DNA from: an uncultured Methylomirabilota bacterium | Lineage (GTDB): Bacteria > Methylomirabilota > Methylomirabilia > Methylomirabilales > 2-02-FULL-66-22 | Length of the DNA stretch: 64,000 nt | NCBI GenBank assembly: GCA_963705305.1 | Contig: OY970067.1 | Location: forward strand, 4,832,001 to 4,896,000 | Direction of reading: 5' to 3' | In this document: positions 12,719 to 31,519 of the stretch, piece after piece | Layout: each line of letters starts with the position of its first letter | Numbering within the stretch: the stretch's first letter is position 1 | Translations under genes and position numbers: made by a program | The notes under the pieces: model-generated | What the model saw: the letters and a program-made list of their open reading frames with translations, nothing else | Database searches by the model: none | What the model was told of the DNA's origin: nothing

Positions 12719-13189
12719 CTACCACCGGTAGTGGGCAAAGGCCTTGTTGGCCTCCGCCATCTTGTGGGTGTCTTCCCGCTTCTTCACCGAAGAGCCGCGG
12801 TTGTTGGCCGCCTCGATCAGTTCCGCCGCCAACCGCTCCTGCATCGTCTTCTCGGTGCGCTTGCTCGCGAAGCCGATGATCCACCGCAGGGCTAGGGACG
12901 TGCGGCGCTCCGCGCGAACCTCCACCGGCACCTGGTAGGTGGCCCCGCCGACCCGCCGGGACTTCACCTCCAGCACCGGCTTGACGTTGTCCACCGCCTG
13001 CTTGAAGAGCTTCTGCGCGTCCATCTTGGTGCGGTCCTCGATGACCTGCATGCAGCCGTAGAAGATGCGCTCGGCGGTGTTCCGCTTCCCCTTCCTCATC
13101 ATGGAGTTGATGAACTTGGTCACCAGCTTGCTGGCGAACACGGGATCCGGCTGGGCATCCCGCTTCTCAGCAACTTTCCGCCGCGGCAT
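12719..13189 (-). CDS. rpsG: 30S ribosomal protein S7
   Basis: [15 protein letters not shown]...[15 protein letters not shown]. Confidence 0.99.
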   Translation of the reverse strand: MPRRKVAEKRDAQPDPVFASKLVTKFINSMMRKGKRNTAERIFYGCMQVIEDRTKMDAQKLFKQAVDNVKPVLEVKSRRVGGATYQVPVEVRAERRTSLALRWIIGFASKRTEKTMQERLAAELIEAANNRGSSVKKREDTHKMAEANKAFAHYRW

Positions 13190-13296
13190 TCCTCACTCCT
13201 CGCCACTCGGCCCCGCGGGGCATCCGCCCCGGCAGAGAAGAAAATCGGCACTGGAGGGCCGAGGCTTCGTTCCTCCGCACCCCAGTGCCGTTGGGA

Positions 13297-13674
13297 TTAG
13301 CTGCTCTTTGGTCGCTTGGCCCCGTATAGGGATCGGCTCTGACGCCGGTCGGTCACACCGGCCGTGTCCAGGGCGCCCCGGATGATGTGGTAGCGCACAC
13401 CCGGCAGGTCCTTCACGCGTCCGCCGCGGATGAGCACGATGGAGTGCTCCTGCAGATTGTGGCCGACCCCCGGGATGTAGGTGGTCACCTCGATCTGGTT
13501 GGTCAGACGCACGCGGGCGACTTTGCGGAGCGCCGAGTTGGGTTTCTTCGGGGTGGTGGTGTACACCCGGACGCACACCCCGCGCTTCTGCGGGCACGCC
13601 TGCAGGGCAGGGGCCTTTTCCTTCTTGGAGAGCTGCTTCCGCCCTCGGCGGACCAGCTGGGCGATCGTCGGCAT
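13297..13674 (-). CDS. rpsL: 30S ribosomal protein S12
   Basis: [13 protein letters not shown]...[12 protein letters not shown]. Confidence 0.99.
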   Translation of the reverse strand: MPTIAQLVRRGRKQLSKKEKAPALQACPQKRGVCVRVYTTTPKKPNSALRKVARVRLTNQIEVTTYIPGVGHNLQEHSIVLIRGGRVKDLPGVRYHIIRGALDTAGVTDRRQSRSLYGAKRPKSS

Positions 13675-13707
13675 GAGTCCCTTCCGTGTTATGCTGTGAA
13701 CCGCGGA

Positions 13708-13736
13708 AGTCTACGCGGGGGGCTCCCGCTTGTCAA
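13708..13736 (-). promoter_or_regulatory. Sigma70-type promoter of the str operon
   Basis: Minus strand TTGACA-N17-TAGACT, about 35 nt upstream of the rpsL ATG. Confidence 0.75.
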
Positions 13737-13750
13737 GGACATTCTGGCTC

Positions 13751-17860
<4,110 letters not shown>

Positions 17861-17880
17861 GGTGCAGCTCCTTCCTTCGA

Positions 17881-17936
17881 AGCAATCAGCAATCAGCTTT
17901 CAGCGGTCAGCGGCTGATCGCCAACGGCTGACAGCT
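17881..17936. repeat. Palindromic array of 7-nt units in the rpoB-rpoC spacer
   Basis: agcaatc agcaatc agctttc agcggtc agcg / gctgatc gccaacg gctgaca gct. Confidence 0.75.
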
Positions 17937-17942
17937 TCTCGC

Positions 17943-21905
<3,963 letters not shown>

Positions 21906-21920
21906 GCGTTGCTCCCCTCG

Positions 21921-22310
21921 CTACTTCAGTTCGACGGTTGCCCCGACCTCCTCCAGCTTCTTCTTGATCTCATCCGCCTCGGCCTTGGAGACCCCCTCCT
22001 TCACCGGCTTGGGAGCGCCGTCCACGAGATCCTTGGCTTCCTTGAGACCCAGCGCCGTGATGGCCCGGACCTCCTTGATCACCTGGATCTTCTTCTCGCC
22101 GACGCCGGCCAGGACGACGGTGAACTCGGTCTTCTCCTCCGCCGCCGCCCCGCCGCCGCCCGGGCCCGCCGCGGGGGCCGCCGCCACCGCCACCGGGGCC
22201 GCCGCCGACACCCCGTACTTCTCCTCGATCCCCTTGACGAGCTTGTTCAGGTCCAAGACCGTCCAGGAATCAATGGAATCCAGCACATCATCCACCGTCA
22301 CCTTTGCCAT
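21921..22310 (-). CDS. rplL: 50S ribosomal protein L7/L12
   Basis: [10 protein letters not shown]...[23 protein letters not shown]. Confidence 0.98.
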   Translation of the reverse strand: MAKVTVDDVLDSIDSWTVLDLNKLVKGIEEKYGVSAAAPVAVAAAPAAGPGGGGAAAEEKTEFTVVLAGVGEKKIQVIKEVRAITALGLKEAKDLVDGAPKPVKEGVSKAEADEIKKKLEEVGATVELK

Positions 22311-22388
22311 TGGAACCTCCTCTGTCCTGCTCGTTCCGAGATCGTCCATCGCCGGCCCGGGCGCACCGGGGACTCGACGGGCCGCCCG

Positions 22389-22919
22389 CTAGGCGGCACC
22401 TGCCTTTTCCTTTTGCTGCCGCACCTGCTCCAGGACCTGTGCCAGCTGCCGGATGTGGGCACCCAGAACCTGCACCAGACCCTGTAGCGGCGCCTGAAAC
22501 ACTCCCGCCATCCGGGCCAGGAGCACCTCCCGCGGGGGCAGGTCTCCCATGGCCCGCACCGCCTCCGGCCCCACCACCTGCCCCTCCACGGCGCCGCCCT
22601 TGATGGGAAAGGTCCCCCGACTCTTGGCCCAGCCCGCCAGCACCTTGGCGGGGGCCACCGGATCCGTCCGGCTCACCGCGATGGCGGTCGGGCCCTCCAG
22701 AAACTGCGCCAGCCCGGCCAAATCGGTTCCCTGGATGGCGATCTTGGCCAGGGTGTTCTTGACCACCCGATACTCCACCGCACTCTTGCGGAGGAGGGTG
22801 CGCAGCTCCGTCATCTCCGCCACGCTCAGGCCCCGGTAATCGGTGAGCACGGCGCCCTGAGCGCCGATGAGCTTCTCGCGCAATTCGGCAACGCTTGCAG
22901 CCTTCTCTTCTCGCCCCAC
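22389..22919 (-). CDS. rplJ: 50S ribosomal protein L10
   Basis: DYRGLSVAEMTELR...VVKNTLAKIA. Confidence 0.97.
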   Translation of the reverse strand: MGREEKAASVAELREKLIGAQGAVLTDYRGLSVAEMTELRTLLRKSAVEYRVVKNTLAKIAIQGTDLAGLAQFLEGPTAIAVSRTDPVAPAKVLAGWAKSRGTFPIKGGAVEGQVVGPEAVRAMGDLPPREVLLARMAGVFQAPLQGLVQVLGAHIRQLAQVLEQVRQQKEKAGAA

Positions 22920-22931
22920 GCCCGTTTCCTC

Positions 22932-23651
22932 CTACACCTTGACCAGCGCCTGAACCGTATTGGCATCCACCGGGATGCCGGGGCCCATGGTCGACGAGAT
23001 GGACACGCCCGTGATATATCGGCCCTTGCTCGCCGCCGGCTTGGCGCGCAACAGCGCCTCCAGGACGGCCAGGGCGTTCTCCAGTAGCTGCTGCGGGGTA
23101 AAGGAGGCTTTGCCGAAGGGCACGTGGATGATTCCCGCCTTCTCCACGCGGAACTCGATCTTGCCCCCTTTGAACTCCCGCACCGCCTTCCCCACGTCGA
23201 AGGTGACGGTCCCGGTCTTGGGGTTAGGCATCAGCCCGCGCGGACCCAGCACCTTGCCCAAGCGCCCCACCAGGCCCATCACATCGGGGGTGGCGATGGC
23301 CCGCTCGAAGTCCAGCCAGCCGCCCTGAATTTTCTCGACCAGGTCCTCCGCTCCCACGTAATCCGCTCCCGCCTCGGCCGCCTCCTTCTCCTTCTCCCCC
23401 TTGGCGAAGACCAGGACCCGGACCTTCTTCCCGGTTCCGTGGGGCAACACCACCGTCCCCCGCACCATCTGGTCGGCATGCTTGGGGTCCACCCCCAGAC
23501 CGACCGCCATGTCCATGGTCTCGTCGAACTTGGCCGTAGCATTGGCCTTCGCCAGGTCGACGGCCTTGGCCAGCTCCACGCCCTCGCTGCTGCCGACGGC
23601 TTTCGCAATCGCGTCCCTGGCCGCGTCGTACCGCTTGCCCGTCTTCGCCAT
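22932..23651 (-). CDS. rplA: 50S ribosomal protein L1
   Basis: AKFDET...[13 protein letters not shown]...[14 protein letters not shown]. Confidence 0.98.
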   Translation of the reverse strand: MAKTGKRYDAARDAIAKAVGSSEGVELAKAVDLAKANATAKFDETMDMAVGLGVDPKHADQMVRGTVVLPHGTGKKVRVLVFAKGEKEKEAAEAGADYVGAEDLVEKIQGGWLDFERAIATPDVMGLVGRLGKVLGPRGLMPNPKTGTVTFDVGKAVREFKGGKIEFRVEKAGIIHVPFGKASFTPQQLLENALAVLEALLRAKPAASKGRYITGVSISSTMGPGIPVDANTVQALVKV

Positions 23652-23804
23652 ATCTGGCTCCCTCCTGATCATCCATGCGCCGGCGGCTGAGGTCGGCCGC
23701 CTCGGCGCAATCGAAAATGGAAAACCGACACCGGAAAACCGGACAATTGCCAGCCGACCCCTTGGTCGGTTTTGCATTGTCCGTTGCCAATTTTCAATTG
23801 GCCG

Positions 23805-24242
23805 TTAGCCCGCAACCTCGATGCCGGCGCTGCGCGCCGTTCCCTCGATGATCTTGATCGCCGCCTCCAGGTTGAAGGCGTTCAGATCCTGCAGCTTGGT
23901 CTTGGCGATCTCCTCCACCTGCTTCCGGGTGACCTTCCCCGCCTTGACGCGGTTCGGCTCTTTCGACCCCTGGGCAATGCCTGCCGCCTGCTTCAAGAGC
24001 ACCGCCGCCGGGGGGGTCTTGGTGATGAAGGTGAAGGTCCGGTCCGCATAGATGGTGATCACCACGGGGATGATCAACCCCTCCTGGGCCTGCGTCTGGG
24101 CGTTGAAGGTCTTGCAGAACTCCATGATGTTCACGCCGTGCTGGCCCAGGGCCGGCCCCACGGGCGGCGACGGGTTCGCCTTCCCCGCCGGGACCTGCAG
24201 CTTCACCTGTGCCGTGACTTTCTTGGTGATGCGCTTGGTCAT
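23805..24242 (-). CDS. rplK: 50S ribosomal protein L11
   Basis: [31 protein letters not shown]. Confidence 0.99.
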   Translation of the reverse strand: MTKRITKKVTAQVKLQVPAGKANPSPPVGPALGQHGVNIMEFCKTFNAQTQAQEGLIIPVVITIYADRTFTFITKTPPAAVLLKQAAGIAQGSKEPNRVKAGKVTRKQVEEIAKTKLQDLNAFNLEAAIKIIEGTARSAGIEVAG

Positions 24243-24286
24243 GCGACCTCCTCACGTCCGCCCGCAGGATGCCCGGGCATGCCAGG

Positions 24287-24934
24287 CTAGACGCGCTCGA
24301 CCTGCAGGAACTCCAGATCCACAGGGGTCGGCCGCCCGAAGATGCTCACCATGACCTTCAGGCGCCCCTTGTCCGGCTTGACTTCCTCCACCACACCGGT
24401 GAAGTTGGAGAACGGTCCGTCGATGACCCGGATGCTCTCCCCCCGGGAGAACATCACCCGGTGCTTCGGCCGCTCCGCGCCGGTCTCGACCTGCTGGAGA
24501 ATGGCCTGTACCTGCTCCTCCGGGATCGGCGTGGGCCGGACCCCCGGCCCGACGAACCCCGTCACCTTGGGCGTGTTCTTGATCAGGAACCAGAGCTCGT
24601 CCGACATCTCCATCCGGATGAGCACGTACCCCGGGAAGAATTTCTGCGACGCCTCCCGGCGCTTCCCCTTCTTCAACTCCACCACCGTCTCGGTGGGAAT
24701 CATCACCTGCGAGACAGCGGCGCCCAGGCCCGCGGCCGCCACCCGCTGCTCGATGCTCTGCTTCACCTTGTTCTCGAAGCCGGAGTACGTGTGGATCACG
24801 TACCACCGGTGATGCGGCGGCAGGGGCGACGCCGGGCTCTTGGCCGCCTCCGGGGGGCCCGCCTCGCTTGGGTTCGTCGGCTCGTCGAGTGTCTCCCCGG
24901 GCGCCCCGGGCTCGTGCAGCTGATCCTCATCCAT
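24287..24934 (-). CDS. nusG: Transcription termination/antitermination factor NusG, with acidic/Pro-rich N-terminal extension
   Basis: WYVIHTYSGFENKV...FPGYVL...DGPFSNFTG...IFGRPTPV. Confidence 0.97.
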   Translation of the reverse strand: MDEDQLHEPGAPGETLDEPTNPSEAGPPEAAKSPASPLPPHHRWYVIHTYSGFENKVKQSIEQRVAAAGLGAAVSQVMIPTETVVELKKGKRREASQKFFPGYVLIRMEMSDELWFLIKNTPKVTGFVGPGVRPTPIPEEQVQAILQQVETGAERPKHRVMFSRGESIRVIDGPFSNFTGVVEEVKPDKGRLKVMVSIFGRPTPVDLEFLQVERV

Positions 24935-24976
24935 GTTCAATCCGCCTCGCGCGTCCGGCACACCATCCCCGCCGGG

Positions 24977-25192
24977 TTACTTCACAATAATTCCAAGCAC
25001 TTTCTGGAGAATCAGGTCCACAAAGCCCAGGAAGAAGGCCACCACAAAGCTGGCGGCGATGACCACGACGGTGGAGCCCAGAATCTCCTTGCGCCCCGGC
25101 CAGGTGACCTTTCGCATCTCCACCCGGGTCTCCCTCAGGAACTGCACCGTCTTGGCCCACCGTTCCTGCAGCCGATTCACCACGCCCGTCAT
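24977..25192 (-). CDS. secE: Preprotein translocase subunit SecE
   Basis: FLRETRVEMRKVTWP followed by one TM helix. Confidence 0.95.
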   Translation of the reverse strand: MTGVVNRLQERWAKTVQFLRETRVEMRKVTWPGRKEILGSTVVVIAASFVVAFFLGFVDLILQKVLGIIVK

Positions 25193-25244
25193 CCGACTCC
25201 ACCCTTTCCCTGTGCGCCCCCGCCCGAACGCCGCCGCGGCCACA

Positions 25245-25320
25245 TGGCAGGCCTGGAGGGATTCGAACCCCCAACCCGCGGATTTGGAGTCCGCTGCTCT
25301 ACCGTTAGAGCTACAGGCCT
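25245..25320 (-). tRNA. tRNA-Trp (CCA)
   Basis: AGGCCTG acceptor, anticodon arm GCGGA-CTCCAAA-TCCGC, TTCGAAT loop, encoded CCA. Confidence 0.97.
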
Positions 25321-25429
25321 ATCTCGGCCAATCACCGCATTCCAAAGCCCGATGACCAAGCGGAGTCCGCGCCCGACGGGGCGGCAGGGCAGGCCGCCCG
25401 CGCGTCCCCCCTTGGACAGCGGTCATTCG

Positions 25430-25579
25430 CTACTTGGTCTCCCGATGCGGGGTGTGCTTGCGGCACCAGGGGCAATATTTCGAGAGCTCCAACCGCTCGG
25501 TGGTGTTCCGCTTGTTCTTGGTCGTGGAGTAATTGCGCCGCTTGCATTCTCCGCAGGCCAAGCTGATCTGCTCGCGCAT
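25430..25579 (-). CDS. rpmG: 50S ribosomal protein L33 (zinc-ribbon type), 49 aa
   Basis: Manual translation [49 protein letters not shown]; below ORF-track size cut-off. Confidence 0.96.
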   Translation of the reverse strand: MREQISLACGECKRRNYSTTKNKRNTTERLELSKYCPWCRKHTPHRETK

Positions 25580-25667
25580 GCTTGCCTCGCTTCCGGTCAC
25601 CCCACCCGGAGGCCGCCACGCTCGGGTCTCCCCGGCCTGATCGGCGCCCCGCGGGAGGGGACGGGGG

Positions 25668-26870
<1,203 letters not shown>

Positions 26871-26911
26871 GTACGTGTCCCCCTGGGGCGGTGTGGCTGC
26901 CGAGAAGTCGG

Positions 26912-26987
<76 letters not shown>

Positions 26988-27163
26988 AGTTGGTCGCTCG
27001 TCTCAAATCCCGCGCGCCGGACCGTCCCCGAGAGGCGCCTCGACCTCAGCCGGGGGTCGCCCGGGGTGAGGCCCGTCAGCCCGACGCGGATCTTGCCGTC
27101 CCACACCCGGCCGCTGCTGAGACCGCTCTCGGGGAGTTGTGTCGGCAGGCGCGGGATATCGAA

Positions 27164-27240
27164 TGGAGCGGGAAACGGGATTCGAACCCGCGACCCCGAG
27201 CTTGGAAGGCTCGCGCTCTAGCCAGCTGAGCTATTCCCGC
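27164..27240 (-). tRNA. tRNA-Gly (TCC)
   Basis: GCGGGAA acceptor, CGAGC-CTTCCAA-GCTCG, encoded CCA. Confidence 0.97.
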
Positions 27241-27346
27241 CTGCCCCTCGCAAACGGCTCCCCCCCATCCCGGACGCCCGTGGCACCCCGGCCCGCTGAG
27301 CGGGCGGCGCCGCCCGCATCCTGCCTTCAGGGAGTCGTCGGACGCG

Positions 27347-27432
27347 TGGTGGGGAGAGGAGGATTCGAACCTCCGAAGGCATGAGCCAACAGATTTACAG
27401 TCTGCCCCCTTTGGCCGCTTGGGTATCTCCCC
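27347..27432 (-). tRNA. tRNA-Tyr (GTA)
   Basis: GGGGAGA acceptor, GCAGA-CTGTAAA-TCTGT, long variable arm, encoded CCA. Confidence 0.97.
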
Positions 27433-27474
27433 GGGTGAGCCAGCGTGACCATTCCTCTGTGCACGCAGCCAGGG

Positions 27475-27550
27475 TGGAGCTGGCGGAGGGAATCGAACCC
27501 CCGACCGGCTGATTACAAATCAGCTGCTCTACCTGCTGAGCTACGCCAGC
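27475..27550 (-). tRNA. tRNA-Thr (TGT)
   Basis: GCTGGCG acceptor, GCTGA-TTTGTAA-TCAGC, encoded CCA. Confidence 0.97.
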
Positions 27551-27562
27551 AGACAAAATCCT

Positions 27563-27591
27563 AGTTTATAAAATCCTGCCCGGAATGGCAA
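27563..27591 (-). promoter_or_regulatory. Proximal sigma70-type promoter of the tRNA-tuf operon
   Basis: TTGCCA-N17-TAAACT, 12 nt upstream of tRNA-Thr. Confidence 0.65.
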
Positions 27592-27657
27592 ACACAATCG
27601 CACACGGATACCCATGGATATCCCGGCATATCGCGAATTCTCCGGACAAGGATGGGC

Positions 27658-27687
27658 ATTTTACCCAGTTTGTCTCGCTCCTGTCAA
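27658..27687 (-). promoter_or_regulatory. Distal sigma70-type promoter of the tRNA-tuf operon
   Basis: TTGACA-N18-TAAAAT; -35 overlaps the rlmB stop codon. Confidence 0.65.
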
Positions 27688-28475
27688 CCGGAACCTGTTT
27701 TCTGCCCGGTTCGCTGTCGCACCACCTCGAAGAGACACACCGCCGCCGCCGCCGAGGCGTTCAACGAAGCCACGCGCCCTCCCAGCGGAATCCGCACCAG
27801 GAAGTCGCAGCGCGCCCGGGTCAGCGTGCGCAGTCCGCGCCCCTCTGCCCCCACCACCATGGCCAGCGGCACCGTGAGGTCCGTCTCGAAAACACTCTGC
27901 CGTCCCGCCGCGTCCGCGCCCACGACCCAGAGCTCACGCGACTTCAGCCCTTCCAGGAAGGCAGCCAGATTCGTGACGCGGGCCACGCGGAGGTGCTCCG
28001 AGGCCCCTGCCGAGGCCCGCACGACGGCCGGGGTCACCCCCGCCGCCCGGTCACGGGGCAGGATGAGTCCGTGGGCGCCGGCGGCCTCTGCCGTCCGGAT
28101 GATGGCTCCCAGATTCTGTGGATCCTGCACCCCGTCCAGGACCACCAGGAAGCCGGGCTCCGGACCGCGTCGTGCCCGGGCCAGCACGTCATCCGGCTCC
28201 ACGTAGGGAAACGGGCCGACCTCCGCCAGGAGCCCCTGGTGCATCACGCCCCGGGCCAGGCCATCCAGGTCGGCGCGGGATCGTTCCTCCACCGGGACTC
28301 CCCCCCGGCGCGCCAGCTCCCGGACTTCGTCCGGCGTACCGGCGGGCCCCTGGCGGGCCAACAAGAGGCGGCGCACCGCGCGCCGGCCGGCCCGCAGCGT
28401 TTCCAGGACGGCGCGCGGCCCCGCCAAGAGCTCCGGGCCATCCTCCGGCAGACCACGCCGGCTCGGCGGCTTCAC
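27684..28475 (-). CDS. rlmB: 23S rRNA (G2251-2'-O)-methyltransferase, SpoU/TrmH family
   Basis: LDGVQDPQNLGAIIRTAEAAG...VGAEGRG...SLNASAA; follows cysS. Confidence 0.9.
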   Translation of the reverse strand: MKPPSRRGLPEDGPELLAGPRAVLETLRAGRRAVRRLLLARQGPAGTPDEVRELARRGGVPVEERSRADLDGLARGVMHQGLLAEVGPFPYVEPDDVLARARRGPEPGFLVVLDGVQDPQNLGAIIRTAEAAGAHGLILPRDRAAGVTPAVVRASAGASEHLRVARVTNLAAFLEGLKSRELWVVGADAAGRQSVFETDLTVPLAMVVGAEGRGLRTLTRARCDFLVRIPLGGRVASLNASAAAAVCLFEVVRQRTGQKTGSG

Positions 28476-30067
28476 GGCTTGACCAGCGTGACGTTCAGCT
28501 CGGGCAGCTTTCGCTCCGTTGGGAACGCCGAGACCGCGCGGGTCGCCGTCCGGGTGTCATCGATCCGGATGGCGTGCGCCAGAAGCGCCTGCCGGATCTC
28601 GTCGGCTGCGGCCCAGTCGCGCCGGTTGCGGGCCGCCTCCCGGTGCGCCAGCAGCTCCTGGACGACGGAGGTCAGCCGCCGGTCCAGGTCCGCCGCTGCC
28701 GGCCCCCCGACCAGCAGAGCCGCCAGCTCCTCCAAGGCGTCGTGCGCCGGACGCTCCAGCCGGACGCCGCTGAGGGCGGTCAGCGTGGAGCGGCCGCCCG
28801 AAAGGTTCAGGGCCAGCACCGCCGCCAGCCGCCGCAGGATGGTCGCCGTCTCTTGGAGGCGACGCACCATCCCGGGATCGGGGGCTCCGCCCGCCCGCAC
28901 CTCCTGCAGGAGCCGGTTGCCTTCGCGGACCAGGTCGAAGAGGACCCCGGACGCACGGGCGGTGTTGAAATCGTCATCCATGGCGGCCCGGAAGTCCTCC
29001 TCGGCGGGGTGCACCGCCTCGCCCGATCCCCCTGTGGCCTCGCCCTGCGCATGGTCCCGGGCGCGGCCCATCTCGGCCTCCAGCGTGTCCACCGCCCGCA
29101 GGAACTCCAGGAGGCCCGAGACGGCCTTCCCTTTTTCCGCCACGGCCGCCTCGGTGTAATCCAGGGGGCCCCGATAGTTCGTGGAGACGAGCAGCAGCTT
29201 GAGGGCCTCGGGGCTGAAGCGCTGCAGGGCGTCCCGGATCGTCACGAAATTCCCGAGCGACTTCGCCATCTTCTCCCCGTTCACCGTCACGAAGCCGTTG
29301 TGGAGCCAGTAGCGGGCGAACGGTTTCCCGCTGGCCCCCTCCGACTGGGCGATCTCGTTTTCGTGGTGGGGGAAGATCAGGTCCTCGCCCCCGGCGTGGA
29401 TGTCGAACGTCTCGCCCAGGTATTTGGCCGCCATGGCCGAGCACTCGATGTGCCACCCGGGCCGCCCCGCGCCCCACGGGCTGTCCCACGCCGGCTCTCC
29501 CGGGCGCGAGGCCTTCCACAACGCGAAGTCCGTGGGGTCCTGCTTGCGCTCGTCCACCTCGACACGAGCCCCCGCCCGGAGATCGTCCAGGCTGCGGTGG
29601 GACAGCTTTCCGTATCCGGGAAACCGGCGCACCGCATAGTACACGTCGCCGTCCATCACGTAGGCGAGTCCCTGGCCTAGCAGCCGCTGGATGATCTGGA
29701 TCATCTCGGCGATGTGGTCGGTCGCCTTGGGCTCCACATCCGCCCGCCGGAGCCCCAGGGCGTCCATGTCCCGGTAGAATGCCGCGATGTACTCGCGGGC
29801 CACCTCGTCCCACGCCCGGCCGGTCTCGCGGGCGCGCGCGATGATCTTGTCGTCCACGTCGGTGAAGTTCCGGACCAGCGTGACGCGATATCCCGAGAAC
29901 TCCAGGTAGCGGCGGACGACGTCGAATACCAGGGTGGACCGGGCATGGCCGATGTGACAGAGGTCATACACGGTGACCCCGCAGGCGTACATCCGCACCT
30001 GCCCCGGCCGGAGCGGCTCGAACGGCTGCACCGTCCGGGTCAGCGTATTGTAGAATTTGAGCGCCAT
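28472..30067 (-). CDS. cysS: Cysteine--tRNA ligase
   Basis: MYACGVTVYD, HIGH, GRPGWHIECSAM, FPHHENE, KMAKS. Confidence 0.98.
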   Translation of the reverse strand: MALKFYNTLTRTVQPFEPLRPGQVRMYACGVTVYDLCHIGHARSTLVFDVVRRYLEFSGYRVTLVRNFTDVDDKIIARARETGRAWDEVAREYIAAFYRDMDALGLRRADVEPKATDHIAEMIQIIQRLLGQGLAYVMDGDVYYAVRRFPGYGKLSHRSLDDLRAGARVEVDERKQDPTDFALWKASRPGEPAWDSPWGAGRPGWHIECSAMAAKYLGETFDIHAGGEDLIFPHHENEIAQSEGASGKPFARYWLHNGFVTVNGEKMAKSLGNFVTIRDALQRFSPEALKLLLVSTNYRGPLDYTEAAVAEKGKAVSGLLEFLRAVDTLEAEMGRARDHAQGEATGGSGEAVHPAEEDFRAAMDDDFNTARASGVLFDLVREGNRLLQEVRAGGAPDPGMVRRLQETATILRRLAAVLALNLSGGRSTLTALSGVRLERPAHDALEELAALLVGGPAAADLDRRLTSVVQELLAHREAARNRRDWAAADEIRQALLAHAIRIDDTRTATRAVSAFPTERKLPELNVTLVKP

Positions 30068-30145
30068 GCCTACTCCTCGTGGAGATTCATGGTGGGGGAG
30101 TTTCCAGCGTTCGCCTGGGTGTCGCGGGCGGGAGGGCAGGCCGTC

Positions 30146-30700
30146 TCAGCGGCTGCGGCCTGTCGCGGGCGCCCGGCGGCTCGTCGAGGCCGCGCGACGC
30201 CGTCGCAGGGGCAGCACCGACGCGACCGCAATGGCGACGATGCCCTCTCCGGCCCCCAGCGCTCCCATGCCCTTGGCCGTGGTCCCCTTGAGGTTTATCC
30301 GGTCCGGCGGGATCTGGAGCACCGCGGCCAGCGCCTGCCGCATCGCCGGGAAATGGGGGCCCAGGCGGGGGGCCTCCGCCACTACCGTAGCGTCCACGTT
30401 GCCGGGTTGGTATCCCCGGGCGGCGAGGAGCCGCACCACCCGCCCCAGCAGCCGCAGACTGGAGATCCCCATCATCTCCGGCCGTCCCACCCCGAAGTGC
30501 GTCCCGATGTCCCCCGCCCCCGCAGCCCCCAGGAGCGCATCCAGGACGGCGTGGGTCACGGCATCCGCATCCGAGTCCCCCTCCAGACCGCGGTCGAAGG
30601 GGATCGCCACTCCGCCCAGGATCAGCGGCCGCCCCGGCACCAGCCGGTGCATGTCGTAGCCGACCCCCACGCGGAGGGGGAGGCGCGGCGCCGGGCTCAC
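30146..30700 (-). CDS. ispF: 2-C-methyl-D-erythritol 2,4-cyclodiphosphate synthase
   Basis: RVGVGYDMHRL...SDADAVTHAVLDALLGA...GDIGTHF. Confidence 0.95.
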   Translation of the reverse strand: MSPAPRLPLRVGVGYDMHRLVPGRPLILGGVAIPFDRGLEGDSDADAVTHAVLDALLGAAGAGDIGTHFGVGRPEMMGISSLRLLGRVVRLLAARGYQPGNVDATVVAEAPRLGPHFPAMRQALAAVLQIPPDRINLKGTTAKGMGALGAGEGIVAIAVASVLPLRRRRAASTSRRAPATGRSR

Positions 30701-31404
30701 CCTGCCCTCGCCGATCGGGCCGCCCGGCCCCGCAGGATCTCCTCGGCCATGGCGAGATCCTCCGGGGTCGTCACCTTGAGATTATCCCGGGAGCCCGGCA
30801 CCAGCCGGACGGGATGGCCCAGCCGCTCGACCAGCACGCTGTCGTCCGTCCCCCGGAATCCGTCCGTGAGGGCCCGCGCATGGGCCTCCAGCAGGAGAGA
30901 GATCCGGAACGCCTGCGGCGTCTGCGCCGCCCACAGCCGACCGCGGGCCGGCGTCTCCACGATCATGCCATCCGGCCCGGCCACCTTGATCGTATCCGTG
31001 ACCGGGATCGCCGCCACGGCGGCTCCCACCTCGCCGGCCGCGGCCACGGCGGCCCGGACGATCTCGGGCGAGACCAGCGGCCGGGCCCCGTCATGGACCA
31101 GCACGATGTCCGCGGCCGGCGGGACCCGCTGCAGCCCCGCGTACACCGACGCCTGCCGGTCCGCCCCGCCAGGCACCACCGCATCCACGTGCAGGCCGAA
31201 GGGCGCCTGGATCTCGGCACGGCAGCGGTCCTCGTGGCCCGGCGGGACCACCAGGACCAGACTGTGCACCGCCCGGGAGGCCCAGACGGCCCGCAGCGTG
31301 TGAGCCAGGAGCGGCACGCCTGCCAGGGACAGGTACTGCTTCGGCACCGGCCCGGGGAGGCGGGTTCCCCCTCCGGCGGCGGGCACGATCGCCGTTACGT
31401 GCAT
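30697..31404 (-). CDS. ispD: 2-C-methyl-D-erythritol 4-phosphate cytidylyltransferase
   Basis: IVPAAGGGTR, PKQY, VHDGARP, AQTPQAF, NLKVTTPEDL. Confidence 0.96.
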   Translation of the reverse strand: MHVTAIVPAAGGGTRLPGPVPKQYLSLAGVPLLAHTLRAVWASRAVHSLVLVVPPGHEDRCRAEIQAPFGLHVDAVVPGGADRQASVYAGLQRVPPAADIVLVHDGARPLVSPEIVRAAVAAAGEVGAAVAAIPVTDTIKVAGPDGMIVETPARGRLWAAQTPQAFRISLLLEAHARALTDGFRGTDDSVLVERLGHPVRLVPGSRDNLKVTTPEDLAMAEEILRGRAARSARAG

Positions 31405-31519
31405 GCGGCCTCGAAAAGAAAATCCCAACTCCTCACGGCCCACTCCCGATCCATACGGCCCCGCGACCTTCCTGGGGGAATTCGGGGAATGGGGATGGTG
31501 GAATTGGGAAGGTCTGGGG

